Of a stretch of 64,000 nt of DNA, positions 9,284-19,793 are shown in pieces. A program made the position numbers and the translations under genes. Numbering within the stretch: position 1 is the first letter of the stretch; each line of letters begins with the position of its first letter. Location: NCBI GenBank assembly GCA_965228895.1, contig OZ245842.1:4000001-4064000 (forward strand). Direction: 5' to 3'. Below the pieces are notes generated by a model. It saw only the letters and a list, made by a program, of their open reading frames with translations, had not been told where the DNA came from and ran no database searches. Source of the stretch: Alphaproteobacteria bacterium (GTDB lineage Bacteria > Pseudomonadota > Alphaproteobacteria > SP197).

Positions 9284-12016
9284 ATGCTGCATGACCACGA
9301 ATCCCTGACCGGTCCGCGTCCCGCCGATGTTCTTGTCGCCGGCGCCAGCGGTGCGCTGTTGCTGAACGGCGATGGCGAGATCGACGAGCTGACCGCAGCC
9401 GACGCGCGCCGGCGCTGGGAAGCCGGTCCGGCGCCGCTGGTCTGTCATGCCGCGTCGTTGCGCCGGCGCATCGGCGCACGCGATGCGCCCGCGCTCGATC
9501 TGCTGGAACTGTGGGCGTTCGTGCGCCCGGCCCAGTTCTGTGTCCCCACACCGCACGGCCTTGCCGAAGCCTTGGCCGTTGCACTGCCTCGCGATCTCGC
9601 CGACCAGGCGCTTGTGTTGCGACGCGCCGCGCAGATCCTGCTCGATGACCTTCTTGGCCTCGTTGCCGACGAACGGGACAAGGCCCAGGCGGTCGCTGCC
9701 GCCATGGGGCGCGGCGGCTGGCTGTGGGCGGACGCCGTGCTGTTCGCCTTGCGCGCAGAAACCACGGTCCGGGCCGGCCTGGATGTCTGGCATCAGATCG
9801 ACGAATGGGACGAGACGGCGCCGCGCACGCCGCCTGGCCATCATCCGGTCACCGACGAGGAAGCCCGGTTGCGTCTTGCCGAACTGCTCGGCGATGGCGC
9901 GGAAGCCAGGCCCCAGCAGGCCGACTATGCGGCGGCCCTCGTCCCGGCCTTCCAGCCGCGCGAACGGGCCGGTCATCCCCATGCGGTCTTGGCCGAGGCC
10001 GGGACCGGCGTTGGCAAGACACTCGGCTATATCGCGCCGGCCAGCGTGTGGGCGCAGAAGAACGACGGTGCCGTCTGGATCAGCACCTACACCAAGAACC
10101 TGCAGCGTCAGGTCGACCAGGAACTCGATCGTCTGTTTCCCGATCCCGCCGCCAAATCGCGCCGCGTTGTCGTGCGCAAGGGCCGCGAGAACTATCTGTG
10201 CCTGCTGAATCTAGAGAACGCCGTCCAGGCCCTTGGCGGCCGGACCTCCGATGCTGTGGCGCTGGGCCTTGTCGCGCGTTGGGCGGTGGCGACCCGTGAC
10301 GGCGACATGGTCGGTGGCGACTTTCCTTCCTGGCTGACCGACTTGATGGGCACCCGACGCACGCTGGCGCTGACTGATCAGCGCGGCGAGTGCATCTATT
10401 CGGCCTGCCCGCACTACCGGCGCTGCTATGTCGAGCGCTCGATCCGCAAGGCGCGACGCGCCGATATTGTCGTCGCCAACCACGCCTTGGTGCTGATCCA
10501 GGCCGCCATGGCCGACGACGACAACGACGGCCTGCTACCGACACGCTATGTGTTCGACGAGGGGCATCATCTGTTCGACGCCGCCGACGGTGCCTTCTCC
10601 GCCCACATCACCGGCATGGAAGGCGCGGAGCTGCGTCGCTGGATCCTGGGCGCCGAAGGCCGTCGCACCCGGGCGCGCGGTCTGGAACGCCGGGTCTCCG
10701 ACCTGATCGACGATGAGGGGCTTGAGCACCTTCAGGCCGCGCTGAAAGCGGCGCGCTGTCTGCCCGCCGAAGGCTGGCGTCAGCGTCTGGTCGATGAGGT
10801 GCCGCGCACGCCCGCAGAGAAGTTCCTGGCCCATATCCGCCGCCAGGTTCTGGCACGCGTCGGCGAGGATGACCGGGGCTATGGGCTTGAGTGCCAGGTG
10901 ACACCCGCGGTCGACGGCTTGATCGACGCGGCGCGTGCCCTGGACGGCGCCCTACAGGAGCTTGCAGAGCCTTTGCTGCGGCTGGCGCAGAACATCAAGA
11001 CCCAGCTGGACGACAACGCCGACACGCTGGAGACATCGACCCGCGTTCGTATGGAGGCGATGATCCGTGGCCTCAAGCGGCGCGGCATCGTCACATTGGC
11101 GGCGTGGCGGCGCATGCTGGCCGAACTGGAGCAGGAGACGCCGGAGGTGTTCGTTGATTGGTTCAGCCTGGACCGCATCGATGGGCGCGAGCTTGATGTC
11201 GGCATGCACCGGCACTGGCGTGACCCCGGCCTGCCCTTTGCCAATCATGTCGCCGAACGCAGCCACGGTCTGATCGTCACGTCGGCGACCCTGCGCGACC
11301 GCGCCGGCGACGAGGAAACCGACGACTGGGATTCAGCACGACTGCGCACCGGCCTGCGTCACCTCGCCGAACCGGCCGATGTCGCGGAGGTGCCCTCGCC
11401 CTTCGACTACGCCGAACAGACACGCGTCTATGTCATCACCGATGTCGGCCGCAACCAACCCGATCAGGTTGCCGCTGCCTACCGCGAGTTGTTCAAGGCG
11501 TCTGGCGGCGGCGCGCTCGGCCTGTTCACCGCCATCAGCCGCCTGCGCCGGGTGCACAAGGGGATGGCGGCCGACCTGGATGCCGCCGGTCTGACGCTCT
11601 ATGCCCAGCATGTCGACGCCATGGACACGGGCACCCTGGTCGACATTTTCCGCGCCGAGACCGATTCCTGCCTGTTGGGCACCGACGCGGTGCGCGACGG
11701 CGTCGATGTGCCCGGCCGCTCCCTGCGCCTCGTCGTCTTCGACCGCGTGCCCTGGCCGCGCCCGGATATCGTGCACAAGGCCCGGCGCGAGGTCTTCGGC
11801 GGCAACCGCTATGACGATCTTTTGACCCGGCTACGGCTGCGCCAGGCCTTCGGGCGCCTGGTCCGCCGGGGCGACGACAAAGGCGTCTTCGTCATGCTCG
11901 ATAAGGCCCTGCCCTCAAGGCTACTGACCGCGTTTCCCGCCGAAGTCGAGGTCGAGCGTATTGGCCTGGCTCAGGCAGTTGGTGAAATCGCCGAATTCCT
12001 GGCAAAAACGCCCTGA
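9284..12016 (+). CDS. ATP-dependent DNA helicase DinG/YoaA family (Fe-S)
   Basis: EAGTGVGKT Walker A, KGRENYLC, ECIYSACPHYRRC, FDEGHH, LRQAFGRLVR. Confidence 0.93.
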   Translation: MLHDHESLTGPRPADVLVAGASGALLLNGDGEIDELTAADARRRWEAGPAPLVCHAASLRRRIGARDAPALDLLELWAFVRPAQFCVPTPHGLAEALAVALPRDLADQALVLRRAAQILLDDLLGLVADERDKAQAVAAAMGRGGWLWADAVLFALRAETTVRAGLDVWHQIDEWDETAPRTPPGHHPVTDEEARLRLAELLGDGAEARPQQADYAAALVPAFQPRERAGHPHAVLAEAGTGVGKTLGYIAPASVWAQKNDGAVWISTYTKNLQRQVDQELDRLFPDPAAKSRRVVVRKGRENYLCLLNLENAVQALGGRTSDAVALGLVARWAVATRDGDMVGGDFPSWLTDLMGTRRTLALTDQRGECIYSACPHYRRCYVERSIRKARRADIVVANHALVLIQAAMADDDNDGLLPTRYVFDEGHHLFDAADGAFSAHITGMEGAELRRWILGAEGRRTRARGLERRVSDLIDDEGLEHLQAALKAARCLPAEGWRQRLVDEVPRTPAEKFLAHIRRQVLARVGEDDRGYGLECQVTPAVDGLIDAARALDGALQELAEPLLRLAQNIKTQLDDNADTLETSTRVRMEAMIRGLKRRGIVTLAAWRRMLAELEQETPEVFVDWFSLDRIDGRELDVGMHRHWRDPGLPFANHVAERSHGLIVTSATLRDRAGDEETDDWDSARLRTGLRHLAEPADVAEVPSPFDYAEQTRVYVITDVGRNQPDQVAAAYRELFKASGGGALGLFTAISRLRRVHKGMAADLDAAGLTLYAQHVDAMDTGTLVDIFRAETDSCLLGTDAVRDGVDVPGRSLRLVVFDRVPWPRPDIVHKARREVFGGNRYDDLLTRLRLRQAFGRLVRRGDDKGVFVMLDKALPSRLLTAFPAEVEVERIGLAQAVGEIAEFLAKTP

Positions 12017-12027
12017 TTCGACTGCCC

Positions 12028-12056
12028 TCGACAAGGGGCCACGCAATACCTACATT
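12028..12056 (+). promoter_or_regulatory. Candidate sigma70 promoter for terB
   Basis: TCGACA-17nt-TACATT. Confidence 0.4.
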
Positions 12057-12154
12057 CCGCCCCGAGGCCGCTCAACATCACGTGCTTAGAGCGGTTCTGC
12101 TATCTGTTCCAGGGGACACCCCGTCAACACCTTCAAAGAGGTTAGCGACGCGCC

Positions 12155-12565
12155 ATGACGCAGCTCGACCAACACGCCGCGCTTATCTACACCATGGTCA
12201 TGGTGTCGGCGGCCGACAGCAACATGACCGACAGCGAACTGCAGACCATCGGCGACATCGTCCGCCGGCTGCCGGTCTTCAAGGACTTCAACGAAGAAGA
12301 GTTGCCCAAGATCGCCCAGTCATGCGCGACCATGCTGAACGAAGACGATGGCTTCGAGACTGTGCTGACCGTCATCTTCGAAGCGCTGCCGGCCAAACTG
12401 CGGGAAACTGCTTATGCGTTGGCTTGTGACGTCGCGGCAGCCGATCTCGATATCGTGGAATCGGAAATGACGATCCTGCAGCAACTGCGCTGGCGCCTCA
12501 GCATCGACCGCCTGACCGCCGCCGCCATCGAACGCGGCGCTCGCGCCCGGTTTCAGACGGCCTGA
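12155..12565 (+). CDS. TerB family protein
   Basis: ALIYTMVMVSAAD...ELQTIG...LRETAYALACDVAAAD...LTAAAIERGARAR. Confidence 0.88.
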   Translation: MTQLDQHAALIYTMVMVSAADSNMTDSELQTIGDIVRRLPVFKDFNEEELPKIAQSCATMLNEDDGFETVLTVIFEALPAKLRETAYALACDVAAADLDIVESEMTILQQLRWRLSIDRLTAAAIERGARARFQTA

Positions 12566-12671
12566 CCCGACCCGGCCGGGGCTGAACAACACGGCGGGGC
12601 GACCCGCGCGCAGTGGTTGCGGACAGATAGTTTTGATACACTCCACGCGAAAGCAGGCGCGGAGTGAACAT

Positions 12672-13268
12672 ATGGGATCAAAGTCGGGTCGACTTGTCAT
12701 TGTCCTGCTGTTGCCGATGCTGCTGTCGGGTTGCGGCATCAATGACATTCCAACATACGAGGAACAGGCCAAAGCCGCCTGGGCTCAAGTCGAGAATCAG
12801 TATCAGCGCCGTGCCGACCTGATCCCCAATCTGGTCGAGACGGTGAAGGCCTTCGCCGCGCAGGAACAGGAGGTACTGACGGCTGTCACGGAGGCGCGGG
12901 CATCCGCAAGCCAGGTCAATGTAACTGCTGACATGCTGACCAATCCCGATGCGTTTCGCGCCTTCGAAGCGGCACAGGCGGATTTGACCTCGGCGCTCTC
13001 TCGCTTGCTCGTCACGGTCGAGGCCTATCCACAGCTGACCTCGAACCAGAACTTCCTCGCCCTGCAGTCGCAGATCGAAGGCACGGAGAATCGCATCGCC
13101 GTCGCCAGGCGCGACTACATCGAGGCGGTCCGGCTCTACAACACCGAGCTCAGAACGATTCCGGGACGCTGGTGGAAAGCCCTGGTGTACCCGGACGCCG
13201 AACCGATGGCGACGTTCTCCGCCGATCCCGAGAGCTCCGCGGTCCCCGAAGTCGACTTCAGTTCCTGA
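12672..13268 (+). CDS. lemA: LemA family protein
   Basis: LSGCG lipobox-like, QYQRRADLIPNLVETVK, EAYPQL, EGTENRIAVARRDY. Confidence 0.95.
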   Translation: MGSKSGRLVIVLLLPMLLSGCGINDIPTYEEQAKAAWAQVENQYQRRADLIPNLVETVKAFAAQEQEVLTAVTEARASASQVNVTADMLTNPDAFRAFEAAQADLTSALSRLLVTVEAYPQLTSNQNFLALQSQIEGTENRIAVARRDYIEAVRLYNTELRTIPGRWWKALVYPDAEPMATFSADPESSAVPEVDFSS

Positions 13269-13296
13269 AGCCAGCCGGTAGGAGAACGAGGACGCC

Positions 13297-13914
13297 GTGG
13301 CCCTTCTTACCGAAGTCGACCGCAAGCGCATTCGCGATGCGGTTGAAGCCGCCGAAGACGCAACGGCCGGCGAATTCGTCACGGTCATCGCACGGCGCGC
13401 CGATACGTATCCTTTCATTCCCCTGATCGTGGCGGCGTTGGTGACGCTGTTGGTGTCTGGATTGGCTTTGATCGTCTGGCCCACCCTGTCCGCCGGTCAA
13501 CTCTATGTCGGCCAAGTCATCTTGTTCGTCCTGCTTGCCCTGGTTTTTCGCTGGCCGCCCCTGACCATCCTGCTGATCCCGAAGGCGATAAGGCAGGCGC
13601 GGGCCAGTAGACTGGCGCGGGAGCTCTTCATGCGCCTCGAACTCTCCGCGACGGAGGAGCGGACGGGCGTCATGCTGTTTGTCTCCGCGGCCGAACACTA
13701 TGTCGAAATCATCGCTGATCGCGGCGTGCATCAGCATGTCAGCAACGAGGATTGGCAACACATCGTCGATGGTTTCATCAAAAGAGTACGCGCAGGTGCC
13801 GTCGCGGACGGGTTTGTCGAGGCGATCGACGCCTGCGTAGCCTTGATGGCGCACCACCTGCCGCCTCGCCCGGGACAGCAAAACAGGCTGCCCGATCACC
13901 TGATCGAAATCTGA
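13297..13914 (+). CDS. TPM-domain membrane protein (short type)
   Basis: AEDATAGEFVTV, RTGVMLFVSAAEHYVEIIADRG, NRLPD. Confidence 0.88.
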   Translation: MALLTEVDRKRIRDAVEAAEDATAGEFVTVIARRADTYPFIPLIVAALVTLLVSGLALIVWPTLSAGQLYVGQVILFVLLALVFRWPPLTILLIPKAIRQARASRLARELFMRLELSATEERTGVMLFVSAAEHYVEIIADRGVHQHVSNEDWQHIVDGFIKRVRAGAVADGFVEAIDACVALMAHHLPPRPGQQNRLPDHLIEI

Positions 13915-13915
13915 C

Positions 13916-14845
13916 ATGCAGCGCACCATTGCAGTCGGCCTCACCGTGCTCGCCTGCCTGAGCTTAGGCGTCACGACGGCAGCAGCGCTCGACTTTCCAG
14001 ACTTGAGCGGGCGCGTCGTCGACCAGGCGGACTTGCTCGACGATCCGATGGAACGGTACCTGACGAGCCTGTCAGCACAGCATGAATCCGTGACCAGCAA
14101 TCAGGTCGTAATCGTTACGCTTCCTTCGCTGCAGGGAACATCGATCGAGGACTTCGGCTACCAGCTTGGCCGACACTGGGAGATCGGCCAGGCCGAAGCT
14201 GATAACGGATTGCTGCTGATCGTGGCGCCCAACGAGAAGAAAGTCAGAATTGAGGTTGGCTACGGTCTCGAAGGCGTCATGACGGACGCCATCGCGCGAA
14301 CCATCATCGAGACGGAGATCCTACCGCACTTCCGCGCTGGCGATTTCCAACGCGGCGTTGCCGACGGTGCCGCGTCGATCATCGCAGTCCTGGAGGGCAC
14401 TTCGACCTATAAGCCAATCGAACCAGTCAGCACGGCGCAGGATGACAACCTGTTCAATTGGGTCGGCACCTCTGCGGCGATCGTCTTTTTCGTTCTAATC
14501 ATGCTGCTCCTTGGCATCATCAGCCTCGAGCCCTACAGGCGGGGCTACTTCCTTTACCTCAAGTACGTTCGCGGCCAGTCCGATCTGCGCTTCGCCTGGT
14601 ACGAGGGGTGGCTCGCCTGGCGACGAGAAGCCGGCTATCTGAGAAGCAAGTACTATCCGGTGACGGCGTCCGGGCCCCCCGACGATGGCGGACCCGACTT
14701 CTACTCTTCCGGCGAGAGTTCGGGCAGCGGTTTCTCCATCCGCTCCTCCTCCGGCGGCGGGTTCCGCGTCGGCGGTTCCCGCGGCGGCGGGTTCCGCGGT
14801 GGCGGCGGCGGCTTCGGTGGTGGCGGCGCATCGGGAGGATGGTAG
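13916..14845 (+). CDS. TPM-domain protein (YgcG-like) with Gly-rich tail
   Basis: GRVVDQADLL, DNGLLLIVAPNEKKVRIEVGYGLEG, C-terminal GGGFGGGGASGGW. Confidence 0.92.
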   Translation: MQRTIAVGLTVLACLSLGVTTAAALDFPDLSGRVVDQADLLDDPMERYLTSLSAQHESVTSNQVVIVTLPSLQGTSIEDFGYQLGRHWEIGQAEADNGLLLIVAPNEKKVRIEVGYGLEGVMTDAIARTIIETEILPHFRAGDFQRGVADGAASIIAVLEGTSTYKPIEPVSTAQDDNLFNWVGTSAAIVFFVLIMLLLGIISLEPYRRGYFLYLKYVRGQSDLRFAWYEGWLAWRREAGYLRSKYYPVTASGPPDDGGPDFYSSGESSGSGFSIRSSSGGGFRVGGSRGGGFRGGGGGFGGGGASGGW

Positions 14846-14877
14846 CTTCTTAACGTGATTTGCCGAGGACTTTGACC

Positions 14878-15969
14878 ATGACAGCACCCAGCACGTTCTT
14901 TTCCACCAGCTATGCCGAGGCACGGCAGAAGTTTCTCGACGCTGCGTCATCAGCCGGCCTAGATGCTGAACATCACGTCAACCCCAACAAGGGCATGGCG
15001 GGCGAGGAGATCGCCACCGATGTCGTGCGCATCGGGCCTGACGACGCCGGCATCGTGTTCTTTACGATGTCCGCAACCCATGGCGTCGAAGGGTTTTGCG
15101 GCTCCGGCGCCCAGGTCGGCACGCTGGCGTCGGGTCAGGCGGACGAGCTGCCCGACGACACGGCGATGGTGCTGATCCATGCGATCAACCCCCACGGCTT
15201 TTCCTGGCTGCGCCGGGTCAACGAGGACAATGTCGACCTGAACCGCAACCACGTCGACCATGCCGCGCCCTACCCGCAAAACCCGGGCTATGAGCACCTG
15301 ATGCACGCCATCTGTCCGGCCGAGTGGTCGGACGCCGCGCGCGCCGAGGCCGACGCGATCCTGCAAGCCTATGCGGACGAGCACGGCGACATGGCGCTCC
15401 AGGGCGCAATCTCTCGGGGTCAGCATGTGCACCCGGAAGGCCTCTTCTTCGGCGGCCAGTTCGAGATCTGGTCGACCGGTCGGATGCACGACATCGTCTC
15501 ACGCCATGCCGCGAACGCGCGCCATGTCGGTTTCATCGACTATCACACCGGCCTCGGCCCCTATGGTTATGGCGAACCGATTTCCGATCACGCGCCAGAC
15601 GAACCCGGACACCAGCGCCTGACGGACTGGATCGGCGACGACGTAACGTCGACCGATGACGGTTCGTCGACATCGGCGCCTTTGACCGGCGTCAATGCCG
15701 TGACCATCAAGGAAGCCTCACCGCACGCCAGCCATACGCTCGTAACGCTGGAGTACGGCACCCAGCCGGTGCCGGAAGTCCTGGGCGCGCTGCGCGCCGA
15801 CTGCTGGCTGCATAACCACGGCGACCTCGACAGCGACCAGGGCCGCGCCATCAAGGCCGAGATCCGCCGCTGTTTCTACGGCGACGACGACGCCTGGAAA
15901 CGTGACGTCTGGGATCGCGCCCACGACACTCAGCGCCGCATGCTCGCCGGCCTGGCGGCGATGGGTTAG
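14878..15969 (+). CDS. DUF2817/M14-like zinc metallopeptidase
   Basis: SATHGVEG, HAINPHG, RRVNEDNVDLNRN, DYHTGLG, LEYGT. Confidence 0.85.
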   Translation: MTAPSTFFSTSYAEARQKFLDAASSAGLDAEHHVNPNKGMAGEEIATDVVRIGPDDAGIVFFTMSATHGVEGFCGSGAQVGTLASGQADELPDDTAMVLIHAINPHGFSWLRRVNEDNVDLNRNHVDHAAPYPQNPGYEHLMHAICPAEWSDAARAEADAILQAYADEHGDMALQGAISRGQHVHPEGLFFGGQFEIWSTGRMHDIVSRHAANARHVGFIDYHTGLGPYGYGEPISDHAPDEPGHQRLTDWIGDDVTSTDDGSSTSAPLTGVNAVTIKEASPHASHTLVTLEYGTQPVPEVLGALRADCWLHNHGDLDSDQGRAIKAEIRRCFYGDDDAWKRDVWDRAHDTQRRMLAGLAAMG

Positions 15970-17045
15970 ACGACTGCCGACAAGACCTGCTTGATGAAGC
16001 CGTCATGGGCGGCATCGTCGAGCCACCGCATGACCGCCGCCATGTCGCGGTCGGGATCGATCCAGATCACATGACCGCCCGCGCCCAGTGCAAAGAAGCT
16101 TGATTCAGGTGCCGACGGGAAGAGTTCGCGTTTCGTGTTCAGCCACCACAGAAAACCATAGGGCGCATAGATGTCGCACGGCGTTCTGGTCTGCGCGATC
16201 CATGCCTTTGACAAGATCTGCCGCTCGCCCCATTGCCCGTCATTCAGGTAGAGCAGGCCGAACCGCGCGAGGTCCCGGGCCGAGACAAACATGCCGCCGC
16301 CCCAGTGGCCGCCGCCCGAGACTGACTGATGGCGCTCGCCGTCAAGCTCGACCCACGAGTTCTCGTAGCCATGCCATTCCCAGCCATCGGAGGCCCCGAT
16401 TGGATCCATGACCGTCTCCTTCAGCACCACCGGGAGCGGCTGGTTTAAGAGATGCATCAGAGCCAGGCTCAGCCGGTTGACCCGGACGTCGTTGTACTCC
16501 CAGTGTGTGCCCGGCGTCTGAAGCTCACGATGCTCGCCTTTCTGGCTGTTATCGCCGCCGGAGACGTCGCGGTTACGGTCGACCAGATCGGGCTTGTCCC
16601 ACAAGGTGCCTTCCCATTCACTGGTCTGCTGAAGCAGATGGCGCCATGTGATCGCCGCGTTCTGCGGACCGTCAAACCCGCCATCGTCGATCAGCTCGGC
16701 CACGGGCGCATCGAGATCGGGCAGCAGACCGCGATCATAGGCGACGCCGGCAACCGCCGACATCGCGCTCTTGGTGACGCTGAACGTCATGTCCGCGCGC
16801 TCGATATCGCCCCACGACGTAACGAGCCGGCCGTTCCGGATGATCAAGCCGGCGGGTCCGCCGCGCGGACGCGTCGGTCCGATGATGGCGCCGTGTTCGC
16901 GGTCTAGAAAACGGCCGTCCCCCAAGTGCTTGCCGACATCCCGAGGCCACGGCGTCTCGTTCGCTTCGGCATGGGCCACGGCCGCGGCCAGCGCGTCGGC
17001 ATCGAAACCCGCTTCGGCGGGGGCGACCGGTTCGAACGGCGTCAT
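15966..17045 (-). CDS. Serine hydrolase, beta-lactamase class C-like family
   Basis: FSVTKS (SxxK), ITWRHLLQQTS, WEYND, GAGGH. Confidence 0.88.
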   Translation of the reverse strand: MTPFEPVAPAEAGFDADALAAAVAHAEANETPWPRDVGKHLGDGRFLDREHGAIIGPTRPRGGPAGLIIRNGRLVTSWGDIERADMTFSVTKSAMSAVAGVAYDRGLLPDLDAPVAELIDDGGFDGPQNAAITWRHLLQQTSEWEGTLWDKPDLVDRNRDVSGGDNSQKGEHRELQTPGTHWEYNDVRVNRLSLALMHLLNQPLPVVLKETVMDPIGASDGWEWHGYENSWVELDGERHQSVSGGGHWGGGMFVSARDLARFGLLYLNDGQWGERQILSKAWIAQTRTPCDIYAPYGFLWWLNTKRELFPSAPESSFFALGAGGHVIWIDPDRDMAAVMRWLDDAAHDGFIKQVLSAVV

Positions 17046-17055
17046 CGCCCGGCTC

Positions 17056-17730
17056 TCAGAAGGTTTCCTTCCACGGTCTCAGCTCGACCTCCCAGGTCCA
17101 CGCACTGCGGTGCTGGCGATGCACGTCCAGATAGGTCTGGGCAATGGCATCGGGATCGAGGCGGGTGTCGTCATCGGACTTGCCGATACCGCCGTCGATA
17201 ACGAAATGCGCGACATGGATGTTCTTGGGCTGCAGTTCACGCGCCATGCTCTGGATCAGACCGCGCAGGCCGAACTTGCCCATCGCGAAGGGCGCGGAAT
17301 TGACGTACCCCTTCACGCCCGCCGAGGCGCCGGTGAACAGGATCGTGCCGCCGCCCTTTTCCTCCATGCGCCGCGTCGCCTGCTGGCCGACCAGAAAACC
17401 GCCGTAACAGGTGATCATCAGCGTCTTCTTCACCTCGACGGGATCAAGCTCGGCAACCGGCCCGCGGACACGATAGCTGGGGTTGAAGACAACGATGTCA
17501 GGCGCGCCGACGGCCTCATCAACCGCGCCGAACAACGCGGCAACGGAATCGGGGTCGGCGACATCGCAGGCGAAGGCCGTCGCGCCTGTTTCGCTGGTGA
17601 GGTCGCCTAGCTTGTCGGGGTTACGGGCCGCGAGCGCCACCGTCATGCCTTCGGCGGCAAACAAACGCGCCAGCGAGGCGCTGAGCCCGGAGCCTGCGCC
17701 GACAATCAGGGCTGTTTCTTTCTCTGCCAT
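17056..17730 (-). CDS. Short-chain dehydrogenase/reductase
   Basis: GAGSGLS, FTGASA, FAMGKFGLRG, HVAHFVIDG, ELRPWKETF; start at MAEKETAL. Confidence 0.88.
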   Translation of the reverse strand: MAEKETALIVGAGSGLSASLARLFAAEGMTVALAARNPDKLGDLTSETGATAFACDVADPDSVAALFGAVDEAVGAPDIVVFNPSYRVRGPVAELDPVEVKKTLMITCYGGFLVGQQATRRMEEKGGGTILFTGASAGVKGYVNSAPFAMGKFGLRGLIQSMARELQPKNIHVAHFVIDGGIGKSDDDTRLDPDAIAQTYLDVHRQHRSAWTWEVELRPWKETF

Positions 17731-17744
17731 ATGTCCTCCGTCAA

Positions 17745-19793
17745 TCAAACGTTGTCGCGCGGGATGGTCTCGGTCCAGCGCTTGGAAAAGATACGCCGCC
17801 CGCCGTCGAACGCATCGAGGTCCGCGTCGATCTGGAAGTCGGCGGCGGTCGCGCGGATGGTCATGGCGCTGCGGCTTTCGACATCGTAATCCGCCCCGTC
17901 GCGGCGGCGTCGATTGTGCCAGCGATAGGTGATCTGCGCGCTCAAGGGATCGTCGTTTTGGATATGTGCTTCCCACGTCACGCCATCGGCGCAGGTGACG
18001 TCGACCGGCGTCAGATACCAGACACCGCCGTCCTCGACGACACGGACAAGCTGTTCGGCCGTGGCCAGGTCGCGTTCGACGGTGCGCGTTCCCTGGCCGT
18101 CCTGGATGACGCGGGTTTCGACCAGCGGCGCCATTTGCGGTGACGCAAAGGCTGTCACGTCGGCATCGTCGCCGCGCACCGGCAACTCGAGGAAACTGGC
18201 GCCTGTTGCAAGCGACAGGGTCACCGGTTCCGGCGAAGGCCAGACCATCGGCCAGTAGGTCGTCGAGATGGCAACGCGGATTCTGTGGCCGGGCCGGAAG
18301 ACGTGGGCGATGTCGTTGAGCTGGACTGTCACGACCTTGAAAGCGCCCGGCGTCATCGGCTCAGGAAACTCGTGACTGTTGCGATGGGACAGGTTCAGCA
18401 CGCCGAAGGTGACACGCTGCACCTGACCGTCGGGATGCACGTCGTTAAGGCGCACGGCGACGAAGCCTTGGGGCCGGTCGATGGCGAGTTTCAGGCCAAC
18501 CACCGGCGCGCCCATGATCTCAATCGCGTCTGTGAGTGGCGCACGATCGAAGTAGAGCGAACGCGCGTCGTCTTCGCGTTGATCAATCGGCAGATCCGGA
18601 CTGGAGCCGCCCAGACCATAGGGACACCAGACGCCGGCGGTGACGCCGACGGTTTGCGGTGAGCAGTGGTCCAATACGGTTTCGCCGCCTGCTTTCTCCG
18701 ACAAACCATCTGCGTTGAGCACAATTGTCTTCGTGGCGATGTTGGGCGACGGCCACGCCGGCTCGGTAACCCACCGCCCGGGGACGGCAGCCTGACTGGC
18801 CTCGGGTTTCGCGGGCTCGCCCATCCAGACGCGGTACATCGGCTCGTCCATGATGCCGGTGTCCTGATCCTTCAGCCAATGGTCCCACCAGCGCAGTGAG
18901 TCCTGAAGAAAGCCGATCGAAGGTGCTGGAATAGCGTCCTGCGGGTACTTGTGCCCCCACGGTCCGACCAGCCCTTTGCGCGGGCATGAGAGGTTCGCCA
19001 GCATGCGCGGGACCGCGTTCGAATAACCGTCGTTCCAGCCGCCGACCGCATAGACCGCGCATGTGATGTCATCATAGTTCTCGCACACCGAACCGTGTTT
19101 CCAATAGGCGTCGCGCCGCTGATGCTGCATCCAGATCGATGTCACCGCGGGTTCGGCGTTTTCGAGACGCGCCTTCCACGCCTCGCGCCAGCCGTCACCG
19201 ACGATCGCCGGGTCGGGCTGTTTCGACGCGATAATGTGAAAGCCAGAGCCCCAGAAAAAACCGTCCGACAGCAGGCAACCGCCCATGAAATGCACGTCGT
19301 CGGCGTAGCGGTCGTCGGTCGAGCAATGGGTGATGATGGCTTTGAGCGCCGGCGGCCGGCGCGCGGCGACCTGCAAGCCGTTGAAACCGCCCCAGGAAAT
19401 GCCCGTCATGCCGACCTTGCCCGTGCACCACGGCTGCGCGGCGATCCAGGCGATGGCCTCGACGGCGTCGTCCTGTTCCTGGAGCGCGTACTCGTCGGTG
19501 ATCAGACCTTCTGATTCGCCGGTGCCGCGAATGTCGAGACGGATCGAGGCATAGCCGTGGCCCGCCCAATAGGCATGGCGCGGATCGTCCCAGCCGCGCG
19601 TGCCGTCGCGCTTGCGGTAGGGGATGTATTCCAGGATCGCCGGCACCGGATCGGTTTCGGCATCGTCGGGCAGCCAGATCCGCGCCGACAGCCGCACGCC
19701 GTCGCCCATCGGGATCCACTGGTGTTCGACCTCATTGATCTTCCGAGGGAAGTCCGTGATGACGGCGGGTTCGTTGGGGTCGGGGCAAATCAT
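17745..19793 (-). CDS. CocE/NonD family hydrolase (peptidase S15)
   Basis: LEYIPYRKRD, DIRGTGESEG, GISWGG nucleophile, GPWGH, RIRVAISTTYWP. Confidence 0.92.
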   Translation of the reverse strand: MICPDPNEPAVITDFPRKINEVEHQWIPMGDGVRLSARIWLPDDAETDPVPAILEYIPYRKRDGTRGWDDPRHAYWAGHGYASIRLDIRGTGESEGLITDEYALQEQDDAVEAIAWIAAQPWCTGKVGMTGISWGGFNGLQVAARRPPALKAIITHCSTDDRYADDVHFMGGCLLSDGFFWGSGFHIIASKQPDPAIVGDGWREAWKARLENAEPAVTSIWMQHQRRDAYWKHGSVCENYDDITCAVYAVGGWNDGYSNAVPRMLANLSCPRKGLVGPWGHKYPQDAIPAPSIGFLQDSLRWWDHWLKDQDTGIMDEPMYRVWMGEPAKPEASQAAVPGRWVTEPAWPSPNIATKTIVLNADGLSEKAGGETVLDHCSPQTVGVTAGVWCPYGLGGSSPDLPIDQREDDARSLYFDRAPLTDAIEIMGAPVVGLKLAIDRPQGFVAVRLNDVHPDGQVQRVTFGVLNLSHRNSHEFPEPMTPGAFKVVTVQLNDIAHVFRPGHRIRVAISTTYWPMVWPSPEPVTLSLATGASFLELPVRGDDADVTAFASPQMAPLVETRVIQDGQGTRTVERDLATAEQLVRVVEDGGVWYLTPVDVTCADGVTWEAHIQNDDPLSAQITYRWHNRRRRDGADYDVESRSAMTIRATAADFQIDADLDAFDGGRRIFSKRWTETIPRDNV

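Noticed and set aside
9284-12565. DinG + TerB as a defence or type IV CRISPR module
   Set aside because: No cas genes or array; the DinG looks like the ordinary Fe-S alphaproteobacterial type; terB has its own candidate promoter
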